A DNA stretch of 64,000 bases from an uncultured cyanobacterium (GCA_963740315.1 CAVUDP010000002.1:256001-320000); one strand, 5' to 3'. Shown: positions 10,728 through 21,213, numbered from the stretch's first letter. A program made the numbers and translations. Notes: a model not told the origin generated them from the letters alone.

Positions 10728-11090
10728 TTACTGTTCGCTTAATTCAATAATATTCCCGTCTGGGTCTTGAGTAAATAAAGCTCGACGACCGGAAGCACTT
10801 GCTTGAATTGGGCAGTTATAATTTAATAACCGCTCTTTAGCGGCATCTAAGTCGGAAACGGAAAAAGCAATATGGGGGTTGCGTCCCCATTTTTCGTTTT
10901 GGGATTGACTTGTTTGTGAGGATGCAACTATCAGGTGTAATTGATATTCACCAACTTGATACCAACTACCGGGAAAGTTTCGCGATCGCTCTACACTTTT
11001 AGATAATTTTAGTACTTCTCCATAGAAATGTTCGGCGCGATTTAAGTCAGTGACAAGAATGGCTGCGTGCAAACATTGAGTAATTTGCAT
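10728..11090 (-). CDS. VOC/glyoxalase family protein
   Basis: H.AILV.DL..AEHFY, HIAFSV.DL, FTQDPDGNIIEL. Confidence 0.9.
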   Translation of the reverse strand: MQITQCLHAAILVTDLNRAEHFYGEVLKLSKSVERSRNFPGSWYQVGEYQLHLIVASSQTSQSQNEKWGRNPHIAFSVSDLDAAKERLLNYNCPIQASASGRRALFTQDPDGNIIELSEQ

Positions 11091-11151
11091 TTTAAATAAT
11101 GTAGTTGTGAAGGAACAAGGATCACCGGAGTTAGGAGTTTGGAGGGATATT

Positions 11152-11280
11152 GCGGAGGAAGCGGAGGGAGCGGAGGGAGCGGAGGAAGCAATTTCATTTT
11201 TCTTCGTCTTTTCTCCCCCAGCCTCCTCTGCCTCCTCTGCCTCCTCTGCTCTCTTCTCCCCCTCTCCCCCTCTATTCTCC
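11152..11280. repeat. Inverted 9-mer tandem repeats (GCGGAGGGA / CCTCCTCTG)
   Basis: Directly visible; forms a long imperfect hairpin. Confidence 0.75.
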
Positions 11281-11357
11281 CATGCCTTATTTACTCACAG
11301 TTGACAGAAATTCAAAATCTACCGACGTAAAATGATTTTGATTTTTGTAAAGAATAA

Positions 11358-11783
11358 TTGAGGTGTGGAATGAATGCACAATTAGCAACTGCTGAAATTC
11401 ATACTATGCGCGAGATGTTACATGATTATCCACCGGGAGTACGCGCATTAGATGAATTAGAAAGGCATAAGGGAAATATTCCCACAGCTTTTGAAGATTT
11501 ATGGGTAGAAAGAAACGGAGCAGTAGCTTTACCGGAGAAAAAGTCTTTATGGCAAACTACTTTGAAAGTTTTACGGAACGAACTTTGCGGTGATGATGGT
11601 TTTCGCGCTCAAGTTAAAGAATACTCCACAAATCCAGCTAGCACGCCTTTACTTACTGGGTTAATTGTTTATTTGGTGGGAATATCTGGATTACCAATCG
11701 ATCCGGCGATCGCGACTGTTGTTGTTTTGTATATTCTTAAAATTGGACTGAATATCTTTTGCGAATATACGGAAATTAGTTGA
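11358..11783 (+). CDS. Hypothetical protein with C-terminal hydrophobic hairpin
   Basis: Protein-like 141-aa ORF; probable ATG start at 11370. Confidence 0.65.
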   Translation: MRCGMNAQLATAEIHTMREMLHDYPPGVRALDELERHKGNIPTAFEDLWVERNGAVALPEKKSLWQTTLKVLRNELCGDDGFRAQVKEYSTNPASTPLLTGLIVYLVGISGLPIDPAIATVVVLYILKIGLNIFCEYTEIS

Positions 11784-11888
11784 TTTTTAGTTGATAATTA
11801 GTATGTGCTTAGTCTTCACATTTTTGTGCAACTATTTTAACTTAAAAAAAGCTATAAATCTGCTGTTAAATGTAATTAAGAGTCTAAT

Positions 11889-12052
11889 AGTCCATTAAAA
11901 TGGACTGAAGAGTTAACAAGTAATATAAAGGATATTATTTGATTATTTTTTTTCCTAATATCCATATATCAAATACCTATTCCACCTGAAACTGAAAGTC
12001 CCAGCCTAATAGCATAAGTCCATTAAAATGGACTGAGGAGTTAACAAGTAAT
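11889..12052. repeat. Two direct copies of an AGTCCATTAAAATGGACT palindromic element
   Basis: Copies start at 11889 and 12017; each is followed by GA(A/G)GAGTTAACAAGTAAT. Confidence 0.75.
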
Positions 12053-12149
12053 CAAGCATATTTTATTTGAATGATTAAAGACCAGTATTTATATATCAAC
12101 TAAATTATTCACTGGTCACTGGTCACTGGTCACTGATAACTGGTCACTG

Positions 12150-13241
12150 TTAAAACCCTTCCATTTCTACTAATTCGATACATAGATCGTTAATTCTTTC
12201 TAAATCGGGTTTATGAGGTAAGGTTGATTCTTCGTAAACTGTTTCCATTTCGGCTACTAAATCTTCTGCCATTTTCATTAACTGTTCGTAGGAATACTCG
12301 CCGTTAAGAATTGCTTTTAAATCTTCTGCATCGCCTACTTTTTTTCTGTCTACAATTACTTCTTGAGTACGCAATATTTCTAAGCCACTACGCAACAATC
12401 TAACGCAGTGCATCCCATGTTTGAGATCGTAACCGGAAGATTTTTCTGTTTCTGCTCTTTGAGGATTTCTATTTTTCTTCCACGATTGATAGGCTTGCCA
12501 TTCTCTTAATGCATTATGATATTTTTGACTTCTTTGCAGCAGACGAATAAAGTCTTTACGACTATTGGTGAATTGTTGCGTTTTTTCTATTGTTTCATCG
12601 GGTAAAGGATGCTGTTTCAACATTCCTTTAAAGTCGATATCCGCTGTCAATAATTTATAAAGCTGTTCTGCTTCTTCTAAAAATTCAATTTTGCCTCTAA
12701 TTAATAAATATAGATATTCCAAAAAAGCATTTAATTCTTCTTTAGCAAGCGGTGTTTCGTTTTCTATATCAAAATCGGATGGAAATGGTTTAGATTGCGG
12801 GGGATTTAATAACCACTTGCGATGAGTTTCTATTTTCTTAATTTGAGCAAAGGCATAACCAGAATAAGTATGCTTGACTTTTTTACTCAAAAATAGTTTT
12901 CGATTACTAATTAAATGCTGTCCAACTGGGGTTAAAACTGGATATTCACTCAACCATAATAATTCTAAAACGTTGGGGTTTGCTCCTGCTAATAACTGGA
13001 TAACTTTTCTCAGTTCGTATATAACAGTATCTTCGCTGTTATCTAGAAAAGAATACATTCCCGGTTCGTTCCAACCGTTATCTTTTTGCTCAATACCTTT
13101 GTTAAATCCGAGATAATAATTTTTGGGTGCAATAAATACACCTCTCCAGTCGTAATCGGAATCGGGACGGTTTAACCCGTAACCGTGGCTTCCCGCTAAC
13201 CCTACAAAAATAGTTCTAGCTTCTACTTCTATTCTTTTCAT
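12150..13241 (-). CDS. Pol-beta superfamily nucleotidyltransferase (RlaP/YcgL-like)
   Basis: GSHGYGL..PDSDYDWRG catalytic motif, NPNVLELL, YDLKHGMHCVRLL. Confidence 0.85.
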   Translation of the reverse strand: MKRIEVEARTIFVGLAGSHGYGLNRPDSDYDWRGVFIAPKNYYLGFNKGIEQKDNGWNEPGMYSFLDNSEDTVIYELRKVIQLLAGANPNVLELLWLSEYPVLTPVGQHLISNRKLFLSKKVKHTYSGYAFAQIKKIETHRKWLLNPPQSKPFPSDFDIENETPLAKEELNAFLEYLYLLIRGKIEFLEEAEQLYKLLTADIDFKGMLKQHPLPDETIEKTQQFTNSRKDFIRLLQRSQKYHNALREWQAYQSWKKNRNPQRAETEKSSGYDLKHGMHCVRLLRSGLEILRTQEVIVDRKKVGDAEDLKAILNGEYSYEQLMKMAEDLVAEMETVYEESTLPHKPDLERINDLCIELVEMEGF

Positions 13242-13286
13242 ATTTGATTGCTAAAAATAGCTTGTAATTTAATAATCGTTACTAAT

Positions 13287-13339
13287 GGTTCGTAGTGAGG
13301 ACTTTAGTCCTTTAAGGGCTTAAGCCCTTACTACAAACC
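13287..13339. repeat. GTAG-type REP-like doublet
   Basis: GGTTCGTAGTGAGGACTTTAGTCCT-TTA-AGGGCTTAAGCCCTTACTACAAACC; related arms at 58701-58954 and about 60436-60460. Confidence 0.75.
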
Positions 13340-13924
13340 TGATTAATTTTGGCTGTGAATTGGCTTAAATAATTGTAACTAACTGTAGCGACTGCTTTTT
13401 ATCAACAAAGCAACTCTATCATCTGGGACAAATAAAATTATTGCTGACAACGCACCCAGTATTTATTTATCCATACTTCAGCAAAGGGCGAATATTTCAT
13501 AATAATTGATGCAGAAATATAGCGATACATAAAGGTGAGCTACGCTTAACGCACTCTACCAAACCTGTCAGTTCAAGTTCGGATAATTTCGATGCCGGTC
13601 TTGACTCGCTTCCATAAGCATTGTTAACTTTAATTGAGACTAATGCAGTTAAATCTATTTCAAAGGCATAATTTGTGCAATTCCCTTGAGACTATAAAAC
13701 AATACCCATCTATAAAAGTTGATATAAATTCGTTCTATTAGGTAATTATCTACCCTCATCCTTAAGGAATACAAACTAATATCAATCTAAAGATAGTGGG
13801 ATCGCTAACCATTTGTCGCGATCGTTGATGATTGTAAACAACATTCATAAATCACTTGGCAATAGGCTAACTATTTGCTAGAAAGTACATACTTGGATGT
13901 TTATTTATTTACACAGAGATAATT

Positions 13925-14122
13925 ATGAGTACTTTAAAACCTTCCACTTCAACTTGTAGATGCTGCGAATATTACACGCCATTAGGACAGCGTGGGGGGA
14001 CTTGTAGCCTATTAAATAACGGTTTAGTTAAAAGTAGCTGGAAAGCTTGCTCTTTCTCTAACCGGGCATTTAGTCCTCTGGCGAAAGTAAATAATTATAG
14101 TTACGCTTTATCAAACTGCTAA
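13925..14122 (+). CDS. Small Cys-rich hypothetical protein
   Basis: CRCC.YY.P.G.RGG.C..L....V...WKAC pattern recognised from cyanobacterial hypotheticals. Confidence 0.6.
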   Translation: MSTLKPSTSTCRCCEYYTPLGQRGGTCSLLNNGLVKSSWKACSFSNRAFSPLAKVNNYSYALSNC

Positions 14123-14361
14123 GAATTTTCTGTAATAAAAATCAATATCAAAAACTTGACTTGGAAGCTTCTCTACATAAGACAAGCGAAAACTTGACTC
14201 ATAAGCTGACATAAGAGTAATATTATCTGTCGGCTGTCTAATTCCTGCTCGGATCAGGTAGGCACGTTGTAAAAGCTGGTTATAGCGATTATTTGAGACG
14301 CGACACGAGCGCGTCTTTATGATGGGGCCAGCTACCTGTACGGCAACTTAAGGATAAATAA

Positions 14362-14784
14362 ATGAGTTACGCAATTATTGAAACCGGCGGCAAACAACTT
14401 AAAGTTGAGCCGGGTCGCTTTTACGATATAGAATTACTGCACAACGAAACGGATGAGAAAATTACTATAGATTCAGTTTTATTCGTGCAGCACGATGGTG
14501 AGGTTAGTATTGGACAGCCTCTGGTGTCGGGAGCAACGGTAGAAGGAACGGTGATGCGCCATTATAGAGGTCGCAAAGTCTTGGTTTACAAGATGAAGCC
14601 GAAGAAGAAAACCCGTAAAAAGCGCGGACATCGCCAAGAAATCACTCGCTTGATGATTGATTCTATTAGTATGAATGGTTCGGCGATCGCTGTTGCTGAA
14701 GATATTGCCCAAGAAAAACCCGTTCCCGTAACTGCTGAAGATGCACCAGCAGAAGCTGTAACTGCCGAAGTTGTTGCAGAATAA
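14362..14784 (+). CDS. rplU: 50S ribosomal protein L21
   Basis: [29 protein letters not shown]. Confidence 0.98.
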   Translation: MSYAIIETGGKQLKVEPGRFYDIELLHNETDEKITIDSVLFVQHDGEVSIGQPLVSGATVEGTVMRHYRGRKVLVYKMKPKKKTRKKRGHRQEITRLMIDSISMNGSAIAVAEDIAQEKPVPVTAEDAPAEAVTAEVVAE

Positions 14785-14903
14785 TTAATAATGGGGGATG
14801 GGGCACAAGGGCCGAAGGGAATTGGGCATAGGATAATCCCAACTATCTGCTTTTCACCTTTGACCTGTAACCTTAATTTAACAATTATCAAAAGGAGAAA
14901 ATA

Positions 14904-15191
14904 ATGGCTCATAAGAAAGGAACGGGTAGTACTCGTAACGGACGCGACTCTAATGCTCAGCGTCTTGGAGTAAAATGCTTCGGTAGTGAAACTGTTCGCG
15001 CTGGAAATATTTTGGTACGTCAACGCGGTACTAAGTTTCACCCCGGTAACAATGTTGGTATCGGTAAAGATGATACTTTGTTTGCTTTGATTGACGGTAT
15101 TGTTACTTTTGAAAGAAAAGGCAAAAGCCGTAAGAAAGTTAGCGTTTATGCAAATGCTACTGAGTCTGAGCCAGTTGCTGTTGCTTCTTAA
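14904..15191 (+). CDS. rpmA: 50S ribosomal protein L27
   Basis: [26 protein letters not shown]. Confidence 0.98.
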   Translation: MAHKKGTGSTRNGRDSNAQRLGVKCFGSETVRAGNILVRQRGTKFHPGNNVGIGKDDTLFALIDGIVTFERKGKSRKKVSVYANATESEPVAVAS

Positions 15192-15333
15192 ATAAAGCTA
15201 AAAAGCTACTATTGAACGTTCCGGGATGCTTATCCCACAAAATTTTTAACGAATGTAGGACGGGTGTTTTGCTTGTCCTATATTTTTTTATTCAACTTTA
15301 ATTTTAATTTCCCAACGCCCCATGCCCAATTTA

Positions 15334-15762
15334 TCAAAACAATTGATGCAATAAAAGTCCTAACATCAAACCTCCTATTGAAAATATCGAAGTGAAACAA
15401 AAGGCTTGTGTTTCTTCAAGTCCAGCTAATTGAAAATCTAGTCTTACTAAGATAGTTGCACTAGTAATTAGTAGCATATCGAGAAAAATTCGGAACTCGG
15501 CGAAGATAAGAAAGAATAAGAAAGCACCTAAAACAGCAAACCCAAAAGATTTAAGCTTTGTATTAAATAAAACTCGAATATATTTAATAGTTCTTGTCCA
15601 AGGAGTAGTGATGCCTGCAACCAGAACTAACACGCCAATTACAATTAGCAACCATGCAATTGTCGGTAGATTTTCTTGAAATAGTATCCACCCGAATACG
15701 CCGTAGGTAAGCAGTACAAGTACAAGAGAAACCCAGGGAAGCTTTTTTACGATCGCCATCAT
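15334..15762 (-). CDS. Hypothetical membrane protein
   Basis: Four to five hydrophobic segments. Confidence 0.7.
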   Translation of the reverse strand: MMAIVKKLPWVSLVLVLLTYGVFGWILFQENLPTIAWLLIVIGVLVLVAGITTPWTRTIKYIRVLFNTKLKSFGFAVLGAFLFFLIFAEFRIFLDMLLITSATILVRLDFQLAGLEETQAFCFTSIFSIGGLMLGLLLHQLF

Positions 15763-16099
15763 AACTGGTTAAACCTCACTGCTCCATTTTTTGTAAATTT
15801 ATGAGATATTACAGTTACTCAAACAGACTTAATCTTAGCTGGCAATGTCATGAAATACAGTATAATTTCATACTTACAGATTTGAAAAGCATAATTTATT
15901 CTACTGTACTATGAATCTCTGTAATGCCGTAAACTATAACTTTATCTTTTATATTAAAGCGAGAGTTGAACAAACGAATGTTTCATTGACACGTATTGTG
16001 AAATAAGATTTTATTAAAAATTATTTCAATCTGTTCATAAATATTTGTAAACTGAGAACGGTTAAGTTGCGGCTTATCATATCTTGTTAAGGGATTATC

Positions 16100-17014
16100 A
16101 TGAGACAATCTGTTATTGCGGAGCGCGTCTGCCTTACAAGTCATATCTTGGCTAAGGTTTTCGGACTTATAGGTATTATGTTGGTCATACCTAACGCCAA
16201 AATGATTTTGAATCTTGGAGACGTTGGACAAACAGCCATGCAGTTGAGTATGGCTAATGGTGGTGTTGTAGATATTATTTTTGGAATCATAGCTGTTTCT
16301 ATTTATGCGTGCAGGGTATTAGGATGGCGTACTTGGCTGGGTTTTCTAATTCCTTCTGTTTTGATATCGGTAGGTAGCGAATTATTAGGAACTAGTACTG
16401 GTTTTCCTTTTGGCGATTATAGCTATCTCAGCGGTTTGGGTTATAAAATTGGCGGTTTGGTGCCGTTTACGATTCCTTTATCTTGGTTTTATGTAGGTTT
16501 GTCAGCTTACTTAATTGCCAGAAGTGGTTTAAAAGTAGCCGAAAAACCAACTTTGATTCGTCATGTTGGTGCGATCGCCATTGGTGCTTTACTCTTCACT
16601 AGTTGGGATTTTGCCCTCGAACCGGCTATGAGTCAAACTGCTTTTCCTTTCTGGTATTGGGAAACGCCTGGAGATTTCTTTGGCACACCTTACCGAAACT
16701 ACGTCGGTTGGTTTGGTACTAGCGCACTATTTATGAGTGTAGCGGCTTTGATATGGAGTCCGAAGCCAATTAAATTATGGCGCGAACAATTAGTTTTACC
16801 TCTGGTTGTTTATGTAAGTAACTTTGTTTTCGCTGCTGGATTAAGTTTGGGAAATGGTTTTATTGTCCCAGTTTCTTTAGGCTTAATTTTAGGTGTCGTT
16901 CCAGCTATAGCTTTATGGTTGAAAAGTTCCACCGCACCAACGTATATCGCTGATGACGTGGAAAATGGAAGTTCAGAAGTTGCAGTTGCTTCTCTCAAAG
17001 TTGCTGTAAAGTAA
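16100..17014 (+). CDS. cruF: Carotenoid 1',2'-hydratase CruF
   Basis: SELLGTSTGFPFG.YSY, VPFTIPLSWF, WD..LEP; adjacent to cruG. Confidence 0.88.
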   Translation: MRQSVIAERVCLTSHILAKVFGLIGIMLVIPNAKMILNLGDVGQTAMQLSMANGGVVDIIFGIIAVSIYACRVLGWRTWLGFLIPSVLISVGSELLGTSTGFPFGDYSYLSGLGYKIGGLVPFTIPLSWFYVGLSAYLIARSGLKVAEKPTLIRHVGAIAIGALLFTSWDFALEPAMSQTAFPFWYWETPGDFFGTPYRNYVGWFGTSALFMSVAALIWSPKPIKLWREQLVLPLVVYVSNFVFAAGLSLGNGFIVPVSLGLILGVVPAIALWLKSSTAPTYIADDVENGSSEVAVASLKVAVK

Positions 17015-17036
17015 CGATTCAACACAGTGGTCAATA

Positions 17037-18209
17037 ATGCAGGAGCTTTTAAGCGGTATCTCGCTTTTAATTCTAGTTATTCAGGTACCAGCAGTTTTTA
17101 TCCTGCTGTCGCGTCTATTAAAAGGACCTTTTCGTCAAGCTCCAATTCAACCTCAAAGTCCGACACCGGAACTTTTGGGAACTGTTAGCGTGGTGGTTCC
17201 AACTCTCAACGAAGTTGAACGTATTAGCCCTTTGTTAGCTCTTTTGAGCCGCGCAAGTTATGAAGTCCGGGAAATCATCGTTGTAGATAGCAATTCTCAA
17301 GATGGTACCCGCGACTTAGTAAAGGCAACGATGGAAAAAGACCCCCGCTTTCGTTTGATGACGGATGACCCTTTACCAGTAGGCTGGGTGGGTCGTCCTT
17401 GGGCTTTACACAATGGCTTTTTGCATAGTTCACCGACTAGTGAATGGTTTCTGGGAATGGATGCGGATACCCAACCCCATCCCGGTTTAGTCGCTGGTTT
17501 GGTAAAAGCTGCATCTACGCTCAATTACGATTTAGTTTCCCTGTCTCCTCGATTCATTCTTAAATATCCGGGTGAATCTTTACTGCAACCAGCGCTGTTA
17601 ATGACGCTACTTTATCGATTCGATCCTGCTGGTGTAAACACGCAGGCACCGGAGAGAGTAATGGCGAACGGACAGTGTTTTCTGTGTCGCCGTTCGGTTT
17701 TAGAAAAAGTGAATGGTTATACCAGTGCCAAAAGTTCATTTTGCGATGATGTCACCTTGGCAAGACAGATAGCAGCAACTGGGTTCAAAGTTGGCTTCTT
17801 AGATGGAGCAAAAGTGCTGAAAGTAAGGATGTACGAAGGTGCGGCGGAAACCTGGAGAGAATGGGGAAGAAGCCTCGACCTTAAAGACGCATCCTCCCGC
17901 GCTCAAATTTGGGGAGACTTGTGGTTGTTAGCATCCGTGCAAGGTTTACCTTTAATAATAGTGCTTTTATTATTTCTTTCTCCCCATCCCCCCTTCTCCC
18001 CCACTCTTCTCCTACTGTGGCTAAATCTATTTTTAGTACTAATTCGTTCAATGATGCTTTTAGCGATCGCACCCTCTTACGATTTCACGCAAACCAAAGG
18101 GGGCTGGTTATTTTGGCTTTCACCAATAGCAGACCCCTTAGCAGTTTTAAGAATTTTCTTGTCAGCCTTCCGTACCCCGCGACAGTGGCGAGGACGGGAG
18201 TATAGTTAA
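17037..18209 (+). CDS. cruG: Myxoxanthophyll 2'-O-glycosyltransferase CruG (GT2)
   Basis: VVVPTLNE, GWVGRPWAL, MDADT, MANGQCFL, FCDDV; follows cruF. Confidence 0.88.
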   Translation: MQELLSGISLLILVIQVPAVFILLSRLLKGPFRQAPIQPQSPTPELLGTVSVVVPTLNEVERISPLLALLSRASYEVREIIVVDSNSQDGTRDLVKATMEKDPRFRLMTDDPLPVGWVGRPWALHNGFLHSSPTSEWFLGMDADTQPHPGLVAGLVKAASTLNYDLVSLSPRFILKYPGESLLQPALLMTLLYRFDPAGVNTQAPERVMANGQCFLCRRSVLEKVNGYTSAKSSFCDDVTLARQIAATGFKVGFLDGAKVLKVRMYEGAAETWREWGRSLDLKDASSRAQIWGDLWLLASVQGLPLIIVLLLFLSPHPPFSPTLLLLWLNLFLVLIRSMMLLAIAPSYDFTQTKGGWLFWLSPIADPLAVLRIFLSAFRTPRQWRGREYS

Positions 18210-18351
18210 GGGAGAGGGAGAGAGGGGGAGAGGGGGAGATGGGGAGATGGGGAGATGGGGAGATGGGGAGAAAATTTTAATTATTAACTCCTAGCTCCGG
18301 TGGTCCCAACTCCGGTGGTCTCAACCTTTAACCTTTAACCTTTAACCTTTC

Positions 18352-19272
18352 CTACTCTCCTTCTTCGTCGTCTAGTTTGTCGGCGCGTTCGAGTTCCCAA
18401 AGTATTTGATTTCCTTCGCGACGTACTCGGGAAACTACCCAGTTTCTCCAGCGCCATTGATCGCCGCGACTGGTAACAGCACTAGCGTGGACGTTCATTA
18501 AGTCCGCTAGTTCTGAACTTGTAATTAAGTAACCTTTTTCGGCTATTTCGTCAGCAATGCGAAGAGTTTCAACTAAACTGCGGAGTTGCGATACTCTTGT
18601 TTCGCGTGGTAAGTCTTCGTTTTGCAAGGTAGCAGAAGCGCTAGATGATTCCATAGTGTTCGTATTATTTGTGTCCGGTTCAAGACTACTATTATGTGTC
18701 TTTTTGTTAATTATGGGTGGTGTAATGTGTGAGTTAGATGTAGATGATACCTCAACTTCGGCTTTTTGTGGGAAATTAGCATCACTGATACTTATATCCA
18801 GCAATTGCTTTAGTGATGGTATTTTCCCTGAAGCAAAACCACGGGCGATTGTGTCACAACGTTCGTTACCTATATTACCAGCGTGACCGCGAACGTGCTG
18901 CCATTTAATTTGTTGATTGTTGAGGTTATCTAAAATTTCCAATAAATCTTGGTTGAGTACGGGTTTTCCATCGGATTTCTTCCAACCTTTACGTTTCCAT
19001 CCTTTTACCCATTTCGTGACGCAATTAATTAGATATTCGCTGTCGGTGTAAAGAGTGATGGGTTTGTTTTGCCCTGAAGATTCTAAAAATTCTAATGCTG
19101 CGATCGCGGCTTGCATTTCCATTCTGTTATTAGTGGTTTTTTTGGATGCATCGCCGATTTCGTGGATTGAACCATCATCGAAGTAAATAACAGCACCCCA
19201 ACCACCAGGTCCGGGATTGCCAGTACAAGCGCCATCGGTATATATACTTTGAATTGTAGGTTGAGAAGACAT
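18352..19272 (-). CDS. rnhA: Ribonuclease HI with cyanobacterial C-terminal extension
   Basis: YTDGACTGNPGPGGWG, TTNNRME, TDSEY, GHAG..GNERCD. Confidence 0.95.
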   Translation of the reverse strand: MSSQPTIQSIYTDGACTGNPGPGGWGAVIYFDDGSIHEIGDASKKTTNNRMEMQAAIAALEFLESSGQNKPITLYTDSEYLINCVTKWVKGWKRKGWKKSDGKPVLNQDLLEILDNLNNQQIKWQHVRGHAGNIGNERCDTIARGFASGKIPSLKQLLDISISDANFPQKAEVEVSSTSNSHITPPIINKKTHNSSLEPDTNNTNTMESSSASATLQNEDLPRETRVSQLRSLVETLRIADEIAEKGYLITSSELADLMNVHASAVTSRGDQWRWRNWVVSRVRREGNQILWELERADKLDDEEGE

Positions 19273-19620
19273 AGTTAATATTAATATTTTAACTCGTACA
19301 AATACCGGGACATAACTACGACACGGTTAATGATGTTGTAGCAAGTGTCCGGAGTTGCCTAGAGGAAAAAGGCTCAAGTTGCAACGAGTTATAAACGTTA
19401 TCACGTTTGGGTACAAGCTTGTAACAATAAAATAATATTTAATGATTTATTAATTTTAATTTTAATTTTAATTTTATTTTAATTTTATTTTGATTTTTAT
19501 CCGCTCTCGTTACAAGGTTCTACCTTGTAATGCATTTTAAGGAGGCTCCGCCTGCTATTAATATTCTCTAGCAGAGCCTCTTGTTGTGGGTTGCCGCTCT
19601 ACAAGTATGAATGCAGTTAA

Positions 19621-20079
19621 TTACCGATCGTCATTTCCTATCTTTTGAATAAATTGTTTCCAAGTTTGATTCGGAATCCAAATTTGATCTAAATCCTTTT
19701 TCGCTGCTTCCTCACTTTTACCTTCTTGATAACGGCGATAAAGATATATAAAAGCAGATACCCGCTTATTTGCCGCACAGTGAACAAAGACTTTTTTATC
19801 AGCGTTTGTTTTCATTACCTGAATAAATTCTTGTAACTTTTCTTCCGTAGGGTTTTCCCAAATTACGGGTATATGAACGTATTGCATCCCCTGAGTTTCT
19901 ACAATCTCTTTTTCGTTAGCTAAAGCATTAGAAGAATCTTTTAATGCAAGATTTATAACTAGTTGATATCCGGCTTGTTTTATATGTGAAAACTCTTCTA
20001 CAGATGGTTGTCCTGCTGTAGCAATTTTATCGGAAATTTTTAGGTAGTTGTAAATGTTTTCTAGACAATTATGAGACAT
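19621..20079 (-). CDS. PTP-fold phosphatase-like protein (DUF442 type)
   Basis: TAGQP, VINL, Y.HIPV, VHCAANKRVS (CX5R). Confidence 0.8.
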   Translation of the reverse strand: MSHNCLENIYNYLKISDKIATAGQPSVEEFSHIKQAGYQLVINLALKDSSNALANEKEIVETQGMQYVHIPVIWENPTEEKLQEFIQVMKTNADKKVFVHCAANKRVSAFIYLYRRYQEGKSEEAAKKDLDQIWIPNQTWKQFIQKIGNDDR

Positions 20080-20276
20080 TTTATTAAATTAATCGATGCG
20101 CGATTATTCTACAATAAGGTATAATTTTGCAACACAATCGACATTTTAGGGGAGAGTAATTAAACTTATAATGGCAGATTGGCAGAATTACTGTTAAGAA
20201 ACAGGCAACGGGGAATGGGGAGCAAAAAGAATAAAGTCGTAATTTAATTGTTGCAATAAATTACATTCACTTGACA

Positions 20277-20503
20277 ATGAATAGTTTAATTAAAATATCT
20301 ATCTATAATTCACAATATCAAGCTCAAGTTGTTGAATTAATTTTGAAGATTCAACAAAAAGAATTTGATGTTGCGATAAATTTTATGAAAAGAATGATTT
20401 TGTAAGAGTTACCAAAGCTGAACTACCAGAAATTCCAATTATGCGATCGGACAATATATTTTATCGTTTAACAGTTCCAATTATTCATCATAAAACAGAA
20501 TAA
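20277..20503 (+). pseudogene. GNAT acetyltransferase remnant with internal deletion
   Basis: MNSLIKISIYNSQYQAQVVELILKIQQKEFDVAI joined out of frame to KFYEKNDFVRVTKAELPEIPIMRSDNIFY. Confidence 0.6.
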
Positions 20504-20778
20504 TAATGTTCTACCACGGGAAACGGATCGTAAAAGTGATGTAATAATTGTTTCCATTCTTGATATTCTGGTGATTTTCTAAAACCGACAGTATGAGCTT
20601 CTAAAGTTTCCCAACGAGCAAGCAGAATATAACGATTGGGGACTTCGATGCATTTTTGTAATTCATGAGATATGTATCCCGGCATTGAAGAGATTATTTT
20701 TGAAGCTTGTTTAAATGTGGCTTCAAATTCATCAGACATTCCTTCTTTTACATCTAAAATTGCAACTTCGAGAATCAT
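20488..20778 (-). CDS. Antibiotic biosynthesis monooxygenase (ABM) family protein
   Basis: MILEVA.L.V..G...FE, PGY..HEL, WETLEAH..GFR.S. Confidence 0.88.
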   Translation of the reverse strand: MILEVAILDVKEGMSDEFEATFKQASKIISSMPGYISHELQKCIEVPNRYILLARWETLEAHTVGFRKSPEYQEWKQLLHHFYDPFPVVEHYYSVL

Positions 20779-20823
20779 TTGTTTCTTTATAAATTGTTAA
20801 ATCAGTTGTTAAATCAATAATCC

Positions 20824-20876
20824 GCTATGGGTTGCAAACCCATAGCTAATAGCTAAAGTCATCTAAAGATGACTGA
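20824..20876. repeat. Two-hairpin REP-like element (copy A)
   Basis: GCTATGGGTT-GCA-AACCCATAGC, then TAATAGC, then AGTCATCTAAAGATGACT. Confidence 0.75.
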
Positions 20877-20956
20877 GAATTGATAAACCCGGTTTTTTGA
20901 AAAACTAGGTTTCTTATCATCTGAAATTATTACTGAGAATATAGAATCACTATATC

Positions 20957-21136
20957 TTAATCATCTTTTTCTTCATCTTTGACTTGTTGAAGTAGTGAAA
21001 TACAGTTGTTAACCATCCAAATAAAGATTTCTATTTGTGATTCTCCATCTTGTATGCGGGTTTTAGCTTGAATACCCATGAGGATGATTTGCAGGGTTAG
21101 TAATAAAGTAATAAGTTTGCGGGTTAAGTTTTTCAT
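20957..21136 (-). CDS. Small 59-aa protein below the ORF-track cutoff
   Basis: MKNLTRKLITLLLTLQIILMGIQAKTRIQDGESQIEIFIWMVNNCISLLQQVKDEEKDD*; GATGGATAA before the ATG. Confidence 0.55.
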   Translation of the reverse strand: MKNLTRKLITLLLTLQIILMGIQAKTRIQDGESQIEIFIWMVNNCISLLQQVKDEEKDD

Positions 21137-21213
21137 TTATCCATCTCGGTTGGTTGATGGATAAAGTATCCTTTTGGGGTAGTACCCCGAATCAAACTTT
21201 TAAATCACCAATC

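Noticed and set aside
11107..11335. Three overlapping short ORFs
   Set aside because: They arise from stop-free 9-mer repeats.
19305..19352. Hairpin upstream of rnhA as a riboswitch
   Set aside because: A single imperfect stem (CCGGGACA/TGTCCGG) with no known aptamer motif; too little evidence.
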